A stretch of DNA of 64,000 nucleotides from a virus. Shown here one piece after another: positions 27,801 through 37,059 of the stretch. The position numbers and the translations under genes were made by a program. The stretch spans positions 32,001-96,000 of IMG/VR virus record IMGVR_UViG_3300022602_000038. One strand, given 5' to 3'. A model generated the notes under the pieces. The model ran no database searches. It was given only the letters and a program-made list of their open reading frames with translations, and was not told the DNA's origin. Numbering within the stretch: the stretch's first letter is position 1; every line of letters starts with the position of its first letter.

Positions 27801-28856
27801 GGTTATACATATAGTTTAAGAGCAGAAGTACCCGCTGTATCAGCAAACCCAAGCGGTGGTAGTGTTTCGTTTGGTTGGGTTAATACAACTACAGGTACAC
27901 AAATTGGTAGTGTAAGTCCTTTATATGGAACTACAAGTAACGCTGCATATCTAGCTTTTGGCGGGGTAGCACAAGCTGTTATTACACCAGTAACAACTAC
28001 TAACGTAGCTTTACAATTATTATCTACTTCTATAAGCACTATTGGTATTAATGGTAATACAGATTTTAGTACTAATACAAACCCTTGGTTTGAAGTAGAA
28101 GTAGTAGGACTTGGCGGTGTTAGTGGGTATTCTGGTATCTCTGGTTATTCCGGCTACTCCGGTTATTCAGGTACGCCTGTTAAAACAGGTCTTTACTGGA
28201 GTAGTTTAGCAAACGGTAACCCTACTACTACGGGTGGTTCTCTCAGTTCTACTGGTGGGAATACAGTCTACAATAGTAGTAACTATGGTGTACAATTAAC
28301 GCCAGCTACAAGCAGTTATGCTGGTTTCGTTGTATGGAATGCTTCTAGTATAAACTATACAACAGATTTTACAGTACAGGCAAATCTTGCAAGTTTTGGT
28401 GGTTCAGGTGCAGACGGTCCATACCTTTTAATTGGTAGTGCATTAAGTGCTATACCAGGAGGTAACCCTACAGGCTCAACATTTACTGGTTTAAGTGCAA
28501 TCGCAACACATGTACATTTTTATAGTGGTGCAGAACAATTTGAATTATGCTGGAATGGTAACACTAACACGTTAAGTATTCCGTTTAACCCAGCGGGTCA
28601 AAATAGTAGTTCTGGTGGTGTAACAGTATATAATTCATCTGTAACAGCAGTTAGTGCAGCTACGTTCTATACATTAAAGTTAGAATTCAGAACAGTAGGT
28701 AGTAGCCGCTATATGGACTTCTATTTAAATAACAACTTACAAGGTAGTTATAATATAACTGGTTTTAATTTTGGTGGTACATATTGCGCTGTTGGTGCTT
28801 GGACGGGTGGATCTAATTCAATTAACTTTTGTAGAAGTTTCCGTATAGACCAGTAA
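24828..28856 (+). CDS. long collagen-like (Gly-X-Ser)n fibre with terminal L-type lectin/ConA-like domain
   Basis: triplet tract about 25456-27132; terminal VQLTP...G.V.W...DFT...GADG...GAWTGG lectin-like pattern. Confidence 0.8.
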   Translation: MSNTFVYQAVQGPIGFSGTSGYSGFSGFSGYSGIPAVGITYYYTNSAADIAGYDYMASQPDYDPEVYFTATAPANSSINLLQQITRVLDPDQTTIPAGTWQFNTYYVTASGSNLYIVYYLYAYHTDTTSTLLFSATGATLTNTVYPPAQQTTRYTISAPINININDRFKLIAAVYNPSLTTNYSVSAYYEGTQHYSNIATGIYEGAVGASGISGYSGYSGTSGYSGISGYSGISGYSGYSGISGYSGYSGISGYSGYSGISGFSGISGYSSYSGYSGISGYSGYSGISGYSGYSGISGYSGYSGISGYSGYSGISGYSGYSGISGYSGISGYSGYSGISGYSGYSGISGYSGISGYSGISGYSSYSGYSGISGYSGYSGISGYSGYSGQSGFSGISGYSGISGYSGWSGISGYSGASGYSGTSGYSGVSGYSGYSGISGFSGYSGYSGQSGFSGTSGYSGYSGQSGFSGYSGISGYSSFSGYSGISGYSGISGYSGYSGISGYSGISGYSGYSGYSGISGYSGISGYSGYSGISGYSSYSGYSGISGYSGISGYSGISGYSGYSGYSGMSGYSGYSGISGFSGISGFSGISGYSGYSGISGYSGISGYSGYSGTSGYSGQSGYSGYSGWSGLSGYSGTSGYSGWSGISGYSGISGYSGISGYSGISGYSGYSGQSGFSGQSGYSGYSGWSGISGYSGTSGYSGFSGISGYSGISGYSGISGYSSYSGYSGISGYSGYSGISGYSGVSGYSGYSGSGVSGYSGWSGYSGTAAPLQQTVTGYSNSFTAGQVIYRTTGGAYALAKANNPATTDAIGVVQYADSNNFTYIINGYITGLTGITDGAEYYLSDSTAGLMTTTVPTASGSLIKPILIGVGTTAGIVVEYPPVIISGISNGTSGYYAKWVGTNTINNGLITDNGSTVTILGNLSATGTIYGVASGGSNAAAPVPYLRGRQTALQGMSLSATVAFNTADANLGQGYISLNTSTGVITLSAGYTYSLRAEVPAVSANPSGGSVSFGWVNTTTGTQIGSVSPLYGTTSNAAYLAFGGVAQAVITPVTTTNVALQLLSTSISTIGINGNTDFSTNTNPWFEVEVVGLGGVSGYSGISGYSGYSGYSGTPVKTGLYWSSLANGNPTTTGGSLSSTGGNTVYNSSNYGVQLTPATSSYAGFVVWNASSINYTTDFTVQANLASFGGSGADGPYLLIGSALSAIPGGNPTGSTFTGLSAIATHVHFYSGAEQFELCWNGNTNTLSIPFNPAGQNSSSGGVTVYNSSVTAVSAATFYTLKLEFRTVGSSRYMDFYLNNNLQGSYNITGFNFGGTYCAVGAWTGGSNSINFCRSFRIDQ

Positions 28857-28865
28857 AAATAATGT

Positions 28866-29558
28866 ATGTTACTACAAAATATTAGTTTAAATAATGTTGT
28901 GTTATATGAAACAACTAATATAACAGATACTATATTTGGGTCGTTAACTGCAACTAGTTCTATTTCAGCGTATAATGCAGCGTCAGTTAATAGTTGGGTT
29001 CAAGTTACAGGTGGAGAATATGCTAAAGTGCAAACTTTAATAGGCACTGTTACATATGGTATGTCTAATACTCAGTTTCTTGGTGCTCAAACTGGTAATT
29101 CATTTAATGCTACATTCTCTGTAGCTATGTCTTCTAATCCTAGTACTGCATTACCAACTGGAACTTATTTAATAGGTTTCGCTACTAGAAGTGGTGTAAC
29201 AAGTACAGCAGTAGTAGCATTCCCGTTAGTAGGACCATCTTATTTATCTGGTACATATACTAGCGTTGGTAGTGCAAGCTACACTACTCCTGGAACGATT
29301 TCTAATACTTATTTTGTAAGAAAAGCACCAACATCTTCTTTATCTGCTCCAAGTTATATTGCTTATGGCAATTACCCTACAAGTGCAAGTTATGCTTATT
29401 TAGCAACTGGTGCAACAACTTGGCCAAACATGGGTGGTTACGCTACTACAAGCTTTAATACAGATCATACTGCTGCATCTGCAATTGCACCTTTTACAAC
29501 CTACAATTCAAACTTACCGTTCTATCAAATGCTCGGTACAACTACAAAGACTTGGTGA
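28866..29558 (+). CDS. Ser/Thr-rich structural protein
   Basis: ORF within fibre cluster, beta-rich composition. Confidence 0.65.
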   Translation: MLLQNISLNNVVLYETTNITDTIFGSLTATSSISAYNAASVNSWVQVTGGEYAKVQTLIGTVTYGMSNTQFLGAQTGNSFNATFSVAMSSNPSTALPTGTYLIGFATRSGVTSTAVVAFPLVGPSYLSGTYTSVGSASYTTPGTISNTYFVRKAPTSSLSAPSYIAYGNYPTSASYAYLATGATTWPNMGGYATTSFNTDHTAASAIAPFTTYNSNLPFYQMLGTTTKTW

Positions 29559-29589
29559 TAAAATCAATTTTTACTATAAATAATACGTA

Positions 29590-29937
29590 ATGGCCACTCC
29601 TTTTGCATATACATATAATTCAGTAGGTTTCTCTGGTTATTCCGGTTATAGTGGTTATTCTGGTATTTCCGGTTATATTGGTATATCCGGTTATTCTGGA
29701 ACAAGTGGATATAGCGGCATATCAGGGTATTCAGGTATAAGTGGTTATTCCGGTTTAGGTATATCCGGTTATTCCGGTTATAGTGGTATTTCTGGAGCTG
29801 CTGCAGCATCTGGTTATAGCGGATATTCTGGTAGTGCAGGTTCACCTGGAACACCTGGTTCACCTGGAACATCTGGTTATTCTGGTTTTAGTGGTGATTC
29901 ATCTATAGCACTCGTGTATTCAATAGCATTAGGATAA
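29590..29937 (+). CDS. short (Gly-X-Ser)n fibre with C-terminal SIALG motif
   Basis: almost entirely triplets; TATAAATA upstream. Confidence 0.75.
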   Translation: MATPFAYTYNSVGFSGYSGYSGYSGISGYIGISGYSGTSGYSGISGYSGISGYSGLGISGYSGYSGISGAAAASGYSGYSGSAGSPGTPGSPGTSGYSGFSGDSSIALVYSIALG

Positions 29938-29995
29938 AATAATATAAACAAATACCTCATTATACTATTACAATATCGATAAATAATTAAACAGA

Positions 29996-30337
29996 ATGAC
30001 TTCTAATTTTACAGTACAAACATCAAGAAGTATAGGAACAACTTTAACCGCAATTGGTAGTTATACAGTACCTAGTTCAGCGACAGGTGGAGCAACAGTT
30101 ATAGGTTTATCAATTGCAAATACTACTATTGCTCCTGTTAATGCAAATGTTTCTATAAACGATGGAACAAACGATACATATATAATGAAGAACGTAGACC
30201 TACCAAACGGTTCAACATTAGTTGTAATTGGTGGTGAGCAAAAAGTAGTATTATTATCTGGTTATTCAATAAAAGTACAAAGTAGTAACGCTTCAAGTAT
30301 AGACGCAATAATGTCTGTACTGGAACTTGCTAATTAA
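29996..30337 (+). CDS. small beta-sandwich fibre adaptor-like protein
   Basis: YTVPS...VIGLSIAN...K.VL...I.V......D..MSVLE; paralog of 33956. Confidence 0.7.
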   Translation: MTSNFTVQTSRSIGTTLTAIGSYTVPSSATGGATVIGLSIANTTIAPVNANVSINDGTNDTYIMKNVDLPNGSTLVVIGGEQKVVLLSGYSIKVQSSNASSIDAIMSVLELAN

Positions 30338-30354
30338 AATTTTAACAAAACATC

Positions 30355-33300
30355 ATGGGATATCTAGGCTTAAATCCAAATGCAATTTCAGGTTACTCAG
30401 GCGCTTCTGGTTACTCCAGCTTTTCTGGGTACTCAGGCTATTCTGGTTATTCCAGTTTTTCTGGGTTTAGCGGTATCTCAGGTTTTAGCGGTATAAGCGG
30501 TTTCAGCGGTTCAGGTATATCAGGTTATTCAGGTACAAGTGGTTTCAGCGGCACTAGTGGTTATAGCGGTTATAGCGGCATTTCTGGTTATTCAGGTATT
30601 TCTGGTTATTCTAGTTTTTCTGGTTTTAGTGGTATATCAGGCTTTAGCGGTTACTCAGGTATTTCTGGGTACAGTGGTATAAGTGGTTACTCAGGCTATA
30701 GCGGTATAAGCGGGTATTCAGGTATTTCTGGTTGGTCCGGTATTTCTGGTTATAGTGGTATTTCTGGTTATAGTGGTTTTAGCGGTATATCAGGTTACTC
30801 TGGTTATTCCGGTTTTTCTGGTATAAGCGGTTACTCCGGCCAATCAGGCTTTAGTGGTATTTCAGGTTGGTCTGGTTATTCAGGTATAAGCGGTTACTCA
30901 GGCATTTCTGGATATAGTGGTACATCTGGTTACAGTGGTTGGTCCGGTATTTCTGGCTACTCCGGTATAAGTGGTTATTCTAGCTATTCCGGTTATAGTG
31001 GTATAAGTGGTTATAGTGGTATTAGTGGTTTTAGTGGCTTTAGCGGTATATCTGGTTACTCCGGTATTTCAGGTTATAGTGGTATATCAGGTTACAGTGG
31101 TTATTCTGGCATTTCAGGTTATAGTGGTATATCAGGCTATTCAGGTTATAGTGGTTTATCTGGTTATAGCGGTTACTCTGGTCAATCTGGTTTTAGTGGT
31201 ATATCAGGTTACAGTGGTATTTCCGGTTATTCTGGTATTTCTGGTTACTCAAGTTATTCAGGATACTCCGGTATATCTGGTTATAGTGGTTATTCTGGTA
31301 TAAGCGGCTATTCAGGCTACTCTGGTATTTCAGGTTATAGTGGTATTTCTGGTTATAGCGGTTACTCTGGTCAATCAGGCTTTAGTGGTATTTCTGGTTA
31401 TAGCGGCTACTCTGGTTGGTCTGGTATTTCAGGTTACTCTGGTATTTCAGGTTACTCAGGTATAAGTGGTTACTCAGGCATCTCTGGTTATAGTAGCTAT
31501 TCTGGTATTTCAGGTTACTCTGGTATTTCTGGTTACAGTGGTATAAGCGGTTACTCTGGTATTACAGGTGCATCAATTTATGGTAGAACGTACTATCTAC
31601 AAGAGGTAAATAGTGATCAAAACCCAGCTATATATGAAGTAATGTCATTATTTCCTGGTGGCGGTGGTACAACTATCAATGATGATAATATAATAATTAC
31701 CTCGAGTACAGGCTTAACTGCGTTTGGTTGGTATTTAACACCTATTAATGAACCTAGTGTGGTTGAAATACCAGCTGGTTTATGGGAATTTGATTTTTAT
31801 CGTTATGTAACAGGTGGTACAGCTAATTTCGTAGCTAGTGTATATACGTATTCAATGGCTACAAGCGCAACAAGCGCATTTGTATTAAGTGCTGATTCAG
31901 GCCCTGTTTCTGACACAACCTCAACGTATCAAAAGCTAGGCTATGTTACAAGTACAATTACAAGATTAGCTCAAACAGATCGTATTTTATTACAAATTTC
32001 AGCTTATACTTCAAGCTCTTCACCTGTAACAGCTGCATATCAATATAACGGTAGTTCGGTGTATTCAGCATTACGTACTCCAATCGGTCAAGGTGTAAGT
32101 GGTACATCAGGTTATTCTGGTTATAGCGGTTTAGGATTATCAGGTTACTCAGGCATATCTGGTTATAGTGGTATTTCAGGGTACTCCGGTTACAGTGGTA
32201 TAAGTGGTTACTCAGGTATTTCTGGTTACAGTGGTATAAGTGGGTATTCCGGTATATCAGGATATTCAGGTTATAGTGGTTGGTCCGGTATAAGTGGTTA
32301 TTCTGGTATTTCTGGTTACAGCGGTTGGTCAGGTATATCAGGTTACTCTGGTATATCAGGCTATAGTGGCTACTCTGGTATTTCCGGCTACTCCGGTATA
32401 AGCGGTTACTCCGGTTACTCTGGTATTTCAGGATACTCAGGCATATCAGGTTATAGCGGTTATTCTGGTTGGTCTGGCTTAAGTGGTTATTCTGGTACTT
32501 CAGGTTACAGTGGCTACTCTGGTATATCAGGTTATAGCGGTATCAGTGGTTACTCTGGTATTTCTGGTTACTCTAGCTTCAGCGGTTACAGCGGTATTAG
32601 CGGTTATTCAGGCTATAGCGGTTCTGGAGTATCTGGCTATAGTGGTTCTGGAGTATCTGGCTACTCTGGTTTTTCAGGCTATTCTGGTTATTCTGGTACT
32701 AACGGTACAATTGGGTCAAATGGTGCGTCTGGTTACTCTGGTATAAGTGGCTACTCAGGTATTTCTGGATACAGCGGTTATTCAGGTCAATCAGGTTTTA
32801 GTGGTGTTTCAGGTTGGTCTGGTTGGTCCGGTATATCAGGTTACTCCGGTGCTACTGGAGCAACCGGTTCAACTGGAGCAACTGGTACGTCTGGTTACTC
32901 TGGTTATAGTGGTGCAACTGGTTCAAACGGTGCAACCGGTACATCAGGTTATTCCGGTTTCAGTGGCGCTAATGGTTCAACCGGGGCAACTGGTACGTCT
33001 GGTTACTCAGGTTTCAGTGGCGCTAATGGTTCAACCGGGGCAACTGGTACGTCTGGTTACTCAGGTTTTTCAGGTCAGACAGGTGCATCTGGTACTTCTG
33101 GTTGGTCAGGGTTTAGCGGTCCTGGAGCAAACCAATCATTAAACACATCAAATTCTGTCACGTTTGCTGGCATGACCCTTAATGGTAATTTGTATTTACC
33201 TGGTGTGTGGCAAACATTTGCAGACTCTAATAGAGATGCAGGTGCATCTATATATTACCCGAACTCTTATACAAACGCTGTTAGATGGGCTTTCGCAAAT

Positions 33301-33936
33301 GCTAGCACTACAGGTACAGGTGGTAATTATGCCGGGGTTTTAAACTTTCATCCGTGGGACGGTACTACAAGTAGTACCGGTGATGCATCATATCAAATGG
33401 TGTTTGGTAGTACCGCTTCAAACGGTAGTGGTTATCCAAAACTAAACGTAAGAAAAGGTATTGATACAACTTGGAACTCTTGGTATACAATTGCTTTATA
33501 TGGTGTACCTAACAGTGGTAATCTATATGCAGGTGTTTACTACGATAATAGTAATACAGGCTATTATGTACAACCAAGTAGTACTTCAAATATATATAAT
33601 TTAACTGTAAACGGTACAACTAACTTACCTGGCGGTTCATATGTAAATACCAGCGGTGACTTTTTAGCACGTCGTAGTAGTGGTAGTACTGGTGTATATT
33701 ACTTTGTAGATACTAGCCATTATCTATACTGGGATGGTTCTAATTATAATTTACAAGGAGGAAGTTATCTCAGTACATCAGGTGGTTTATATCCAGGTGG
33801 TGCAATATACGATCAAAACGGCTCTGCTGGATCTAATGGACAAGTACTAACTTCTACAGGTTCAAGGGTTTTATGGTCTGCCGGTGGTGGAAGCGCTACT
33901 AAATCCACAGGTATAGCTTTGATTTTTGGTCGTTAA
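30355..33936 (+). CDS. long collagen-like (Gly-X-Ser)n fibre with knob-like distal domains
   Basis: two triplet tracts; central YYL..IPAG.W.F domain shared with 24828; distal YQM.F...VR.G...W..W knob; ends IALIFGR. Confidence 0.8.
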   Translation: MGYLGLNPNAISGYSGASGYSSFSGYSGYSGYSSFSGFSGISGFSGISGFSGSGISGYSGTSGFSGTSGYSGYSGISGYSGISGYSSFSGFSGISGFSGYSGISGYSGISGYSGYSGISGYSGISGWSGISGYSGISGYSGFSGISGYSGYSGFSGISGYSGQSGFSGISGWSGYSGISGYSGISGYSGTSGYSGWSGISGYSGISGYSSYSGYSGISGYSGISGFSGFSGISGYSGISGYSGISGYSGYSGISGYSGISGYSGYSGLSGYSGYSGQSGFSGISGYSGISGYSGISGYSSYSGYSGISGYSGYSGISGYSGYSGISGYSGISGYSGYSGQSGFSGISGYSGYSGWSGISGYSGISGYSGISGYSGISGYSSYSGISGYSGISGYSGISGYSGITGASIYGRTYYLQEVNSDQNPAIYEVMSLFPGGGGTTINDDNIIITSSTGLTAFGWYLTPINEPSVVEIPAGLWEFDFYRYVTGGTANFVASVYTYSMATSATSAFVLSADSGPVSDTTSTYQKLGYVTSTITRLAQTDRILLQISAYTSSSSPVTAAYQYNGSSVYSALRTPIGQGVSGTSGYSGYSGLGLSGYSGISGYSGISGYSGYSGISGYSGISGYSGISGYSGISGYSGYSGWSGISGYSGISGYSGWSGISGYSGISGYSGYSGISGYSGISGYSGYSGISGYSGISGYSGYSGWSGLSGYSGTSGYSGYSGISGYSGISGYSGISGYSSFSGYSGISGYSGYSGSGVSGYSGSGVSGYSGFSGYSGYSGTNGTIGSNGASGYSGISGYSGISGYSGYSGQSGFSGVSGWSGWSGISGYSGATGATGSTGATGTSGYSGYSGATGSNGATGTSGYSGFSGANGSTGATGTSGYSGFSGANGSTGATGTSGYSGFSGQTGASGTSGWSGFSGPGANQSLNTSNSVTFAGMTLNGNLYLPGVWQTFADSNRDAGASIYYPNSYTNAVRWAFANASTTGTGGNYAGVLNFHPWDGTTSSTGDASYQMVFGSTASNGSGYPKLNVRKGIDTTWNSWYTIALYGVPNSGNLYAGVYYDNSNTGYYVQPSSTSNIYNLTVNGTTNLPGGSYVNTSGDFLARRSSGSTGVYYFVDTSHYLYWDGSNYNLQGGSYLSTSGGLYPGGAIYDQNGSAGSNGQVLTSTGSRVLWSAGGGSATKSTGIALIFGR

Positions 33937-33955
33937 ACCATAAATATAATCACAT

Positions 33956-34318
33956 ATGTCAAATCCAAATATTGCAGGCCTAACGTACATATACGGCAAT
34001 ACGGCAGTCACTTCAAGTATTTCAACTTCAGCTCCTGGTTCTAACGTTGCAGGTGCAGTTCCTTCTAACACTGTTTGGAAAGTAGCTTCTGTTACAGCGG
34101 CTAACAAAACAACCTCTACTGTAAATTGTAGCTTAATATTTTATAGATCAAGTACTTCCTACTACATTGCATATCAAATTGCAGTACCTGGTAATGCTTC
34201 TATCGTTCTAGTTGGTAAAGACTCAATGATATATATGAACGAAGGTGATTATTTATATGCTTATGCTTCAACCGGTACAGCAATTGACGTAACTGTATCT
34301 TACGAAGCGATTTCTTAA
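33956..34318 (+). CDS. small beta-sandwich fibre adaptor-like protein
   Basis: MSNPNI...AN...IAVP.NAS...IYM.EGD...VSYE.IS. Confidence 0.7.
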   Translation: MSNPNIAGLTYIYGNTAVTSSISTSAPGSNVAGAVPSNTVWKVASVTAANKTTSTVNCSLIFYRSSTSYYIAYQIAVPGNASIVLVGKDSMIYMNEGDYLYAYASTGTAIDVTVSYEAIS

Positions 34319-34342
34319 TTATACTTAATAATTAATTAAAAA

Positions 34343-35287
34343 ATGATTATTAACGGTCAAATACGTGGTATATATAACATTCCTCAGAGCGGTGGCGGTG
34401 GTACTGCTAAAGGTATATGGGATAATATGGATGTGTATAGAGATAAGAGAAAGGGTATGTGGCCGACACCTTCAGTAACACAAACTGTTACACCTACTGT
34501 AACCCCTCCTCCATATGCTGCTATATATTATGATTCAGGTACATTTACTGTACCAAGTGGTGTTTATTCAATAACATCAGTGGCTGTTGGTGGTGGTGGT
34601 GGTGGTGGAGTTAGAGGTGGTGGTGGAGGTGCAGGCGCGTATAGTCTCGCATATGCTGGTTACTATGGTGTAAACCCTGGTCAAAATATTTCAATAGTAG
34701 TAGGTGGTGGTGGCGGAGGTGCTTTCGTTGCCGGAGATGGAGATAACCACGCTGGTCCAGGTGGTCAGTCTCATGTAAACAATTGGCACACTAGTGGTAA
34801 TGGTGGTGGTCATGGTTATGATGGTGCAAATGGATTTGGTTCAGGTAACGGTGGAGGCGGTGCACATGGCGGTGGAGGCGGTGCAGGTGGGTATTTCGGT
34901 CAAGGCGGACATGGCGGAGACGGTGGAGATGGAGACGGGGTAGGCAATACTGGCGCTGCTGGTTATGACGGAGCGGCTGGTGGCGGTGGCGGCGGTGGTT
35001 CTTCTTATCAAGGTGGTGGTGGTGGTGGTGGTGTAGGCTTAGATGGACATTTAACAGACAGTAATTACACCGGTGGAGCACCTGGCGGTCAAGGCAATGC
35101 TCAACAAGGCTTTGGCGGTGGTGGAGGTGGCAACGGTTCAGACTATGGTAAAGACTGCTGTCCAGGTGGTGGAGGTTCAGGCGGTACAAACGATAGTTTT
35201 ACCGGCGGTGGCGGTGGTGGAGGTGGCGGAGTAAGATTGTTATTTAACTCTTCCGGTAGACCAGCCTATCCAAACGCAAACCCTTAA
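34343..35287 (+). CDS. glycine-rich (polyglycine) adhesin-like protein A
   Basis: N-terminal GIW...WP motif, FTVPSGV..I..VAVGGGGGG, C-terminal GGVRL. Confidence 0.8.
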   Translation: MIINGQIRGIYNIPQSGGGGTAKGIWDNMDVYRDKRKGMWPTPSVTQTVTPTVTPPPYAAIYYDSGTFTVPSGVYSITSVAVGGGGGGGVRGGGGGAGAYSLAYAGYYGVNPGQNISIVVGGGGGGAFVAGDGDNHAGPGGQSHVNNWHTSGNGGGHGYDGANGFGSGNGGGGAHGGGGGAGGYFGQGGHGGDGGDGDGVGNTGAAGYDGAAGGGGGGGSSYQGGGGGGGVGLDGHLTDSNYTGGAPGGQGNAQQGFGGGGGGNGSDYGKDCCPGGGGSGGTNDSFTGGGGGGGGGVRLLFNSSGRPAYPNANP

Positions 35288-35291
35288 ACAA
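34528..35291 (+). repeat. 764-bp near-identical repeat copy 1
   Basis: matches 36300-37063 at offset 1772 with a few substitutions in the 3' part. Confidence 0.92.
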
Positions 35292-35341
35292 TAAAATTTA
35301 ACAATAAAATTTAACAACAAATTAACAATAAATATTAAATT

Positions 35342-36067
35342 ATGGCAACATTTGCATTAGTAGATGATCACAATATAGTACGACAAGTGGTTAAAGTACC
35401 GGACCATCAACAACATAGAGGTCATGAATTTTTGTCTCAAGATCTAGGTATTGTTGGAGGTAAATGGATACAAACTAGTTTTAACACCCACGACGGTAAA
35501 CATTTCTCCTCAACAATTAAAGATCCAAGAACTGGTAATTTTATACCAGATGGTGGTACTCCGATACGGCATACATACGCTTCAATAGGTTTTCATTACG
35601 ATCCAGTTCTAGACATATTTTACCCACCTAAACCCTACCCCTCCTGGGTAAGAAGAGCAAATGGTACTGGTTGGGAACCACCAATACCTATGCCTACCCC
35701 GTCGATAAAGACAACAGGTATTGATCCAGGATGGCTTTGGTCTGAAACAGATCAAACATGGTATAGAGGTACATGGCAAGGTTACTTACATCCATCTCGT
35801 CATCCTATAAAGATGGCACCTACACCGTCTATTACTCCTTCTATAGGTTCCACACCAACTCCAACTTCTTCAAACAACGTAATACCAACACCGTCTCCAA
35901 GTCCTACTATATCTCTTACTCCATCATTCGGTACAACCCCTACTCCTACCCCAACACCATCTTTTACACCTTTTAGTACTCCAACTCCAACTACTACGAT
36001 TGGATTTACGCCAACCCCTAGTGTTACTTTTAGCCCAACACCAACCCCTAGCTTTCCATCGTCTTAA
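35342..36067 (+). CDS. fibre-associated protein with mucin-like Pro/Thr/Ser tail
   Basis: MA.FA.VD..NIV...WIQTS.N...YA.IG..YD...D.F.PPKPYPSW pattern; PTPT-rich C-terminal third. Confidence 0.75.
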   Translation: MATFALVDDHNIVRQVVKVPDHQQHRGHEFLSQDLGIVGGKWIQTSFNTHDGKHFSSTIKDPRTGNFIPDGGTPIRHTYASIGFHYDPVLDIFYPPKPYPSWVRRANGTGWEPPIPMPTPSIKTTGIDPGWLWSETDQTWYRGTWQGYLHPSRHPIKMAPTPSITPSIGSTPTPTSSNNVIPTPSPSPTISLTPSFGTTPTPTPTPSFTPFSTPTPTTTIGFTPTPSVTFSPTPTPSFPSS

Positions 36068-36087
36068 AGTAAGTTTAATTTAATAAA

Positions 36088-37059
36088 ATGCTTAAATACG
36101 GTTCATTTATAGGCAGTACATTTACACCAGTTCTATCAACTGGTGCTGCTGCAGGGTTGTTTTCATTAACTGACGTTTTTTTAAACCGCTCTCAAGGTAT
36201 ATGGCCTAGCCCAACAAAAACAGGTACACCAACTCCAACTGTTACACCAACAACCACACCTTCACCTACTAAAACCCCGCCTGCTTTTTCACAAGTATTT
36301 TATGATTCAGGTACATTTACTGTACCAAGTGGTGTTTATTCAATAACATCAGTGGCTGTTGGTGGTGGTGGTGGTGGTGGAGTTAGAGGTGGTGGTGGAG
36401 GTGCAGGCGCGTATAGTCTCGCATATGCTGGTTACTATGGTGTAAACCCTGGTCAAAATATTTCAATAGTAGTAGGTGGTGGTGGCGGAGGTGCTTTCGT
36501 TGCCGGAGATGGAGATAACCACGCTGGTCCAGGTGGTCAGTCTCATGTAAACAATTGGCACACTAGTGGTAATGGTGGTGGTCATGGTTATGATGGTGCA
36601 AATGGATTTGGTTCAGGTAACGGTGGAGGCGGTGCACATGGCGGTGGAGGCGGTGCAGGTGGGTATTTCGGTCAAGGCGGACATGGCGGAGACGGTGGAG
36701 ATGGAGACGGGGTAGGCAATACTGGCGCTGCTGGTTATGACGGAGCGGCTGGTGGCGGCGGCGGTGGTGGTTCTCCTTATCAAGGCGGCGGCGGTGGTGG
36801 TGGTGTAGGCTTAGATGGACATTTAACAGACAGTAATTACACCGGTGGAGCACCTGGCGGTCAAGGCAATGCTCAACAAGGCTTTGGCGGTGGTGGAGGT
36901 GGCAACGGTTCAGACTACGGTAAAGACTGCTGTCCAGGTGGTGGAGGTTCAGGCGGTTCAAACGATAGTTTTACCGGCGGTGGCGGTGGTGGAGGTGGCG
37001 GAGTAAGATTGTTATTTAATACTACTGGTAGACCAGCCTATCCAAACGCAAACCCTTAA
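36088..37059 (+). CDS. glycine-rich adhesin-like protein B
   Basis: same Gly-rich domain as 34343 with a different N-terminal anchor and PTPT linker. Confidence 0.8.
   Translation: MLKYGSFIGSTFTPVLSTGAAAGLFSLTDVFLNRSQGIWPSPTKTGTPTPTVTPTTTPSPTKTPPAFSQVFYDSGTFTVPSGVYSITSVAVGGGGGGGVRGGGGGAGAYSLAYAGYYGVNPGQNISIVVGGGGGGAFVAGDGDNHAGPGGQSHVNNWHTSGNGGGHGYDGANGFGSGNGGGGAHGGGGGAGGYFGQGGHGGDGGDGDGVGNTGAAGYDGAAGGGGGGGSPYQGGGGGGGVGLDGHLTDSNYTGGAPGGQGNAQQGFGGGGGGNGSDYGKDCCPGGGGSGGSNDSFTGGGGGGGGGVRLLFNTTGRPAYPNANP

Noticed and set aside
20239-33142. Val/Ile/Leu-rich alternative-frame ORFs inside the fibre genes
   Set aside because: They are shadows of the GGT-TAT-AGT type repeat in a shifted frame, with no independent start signals.
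34791-36961. His-rich antisense ORFs (132 aa, twice)
   Set aside because: Reverse complement of GGT/GGC glycine runs; artefact of the duplicated adhesin.
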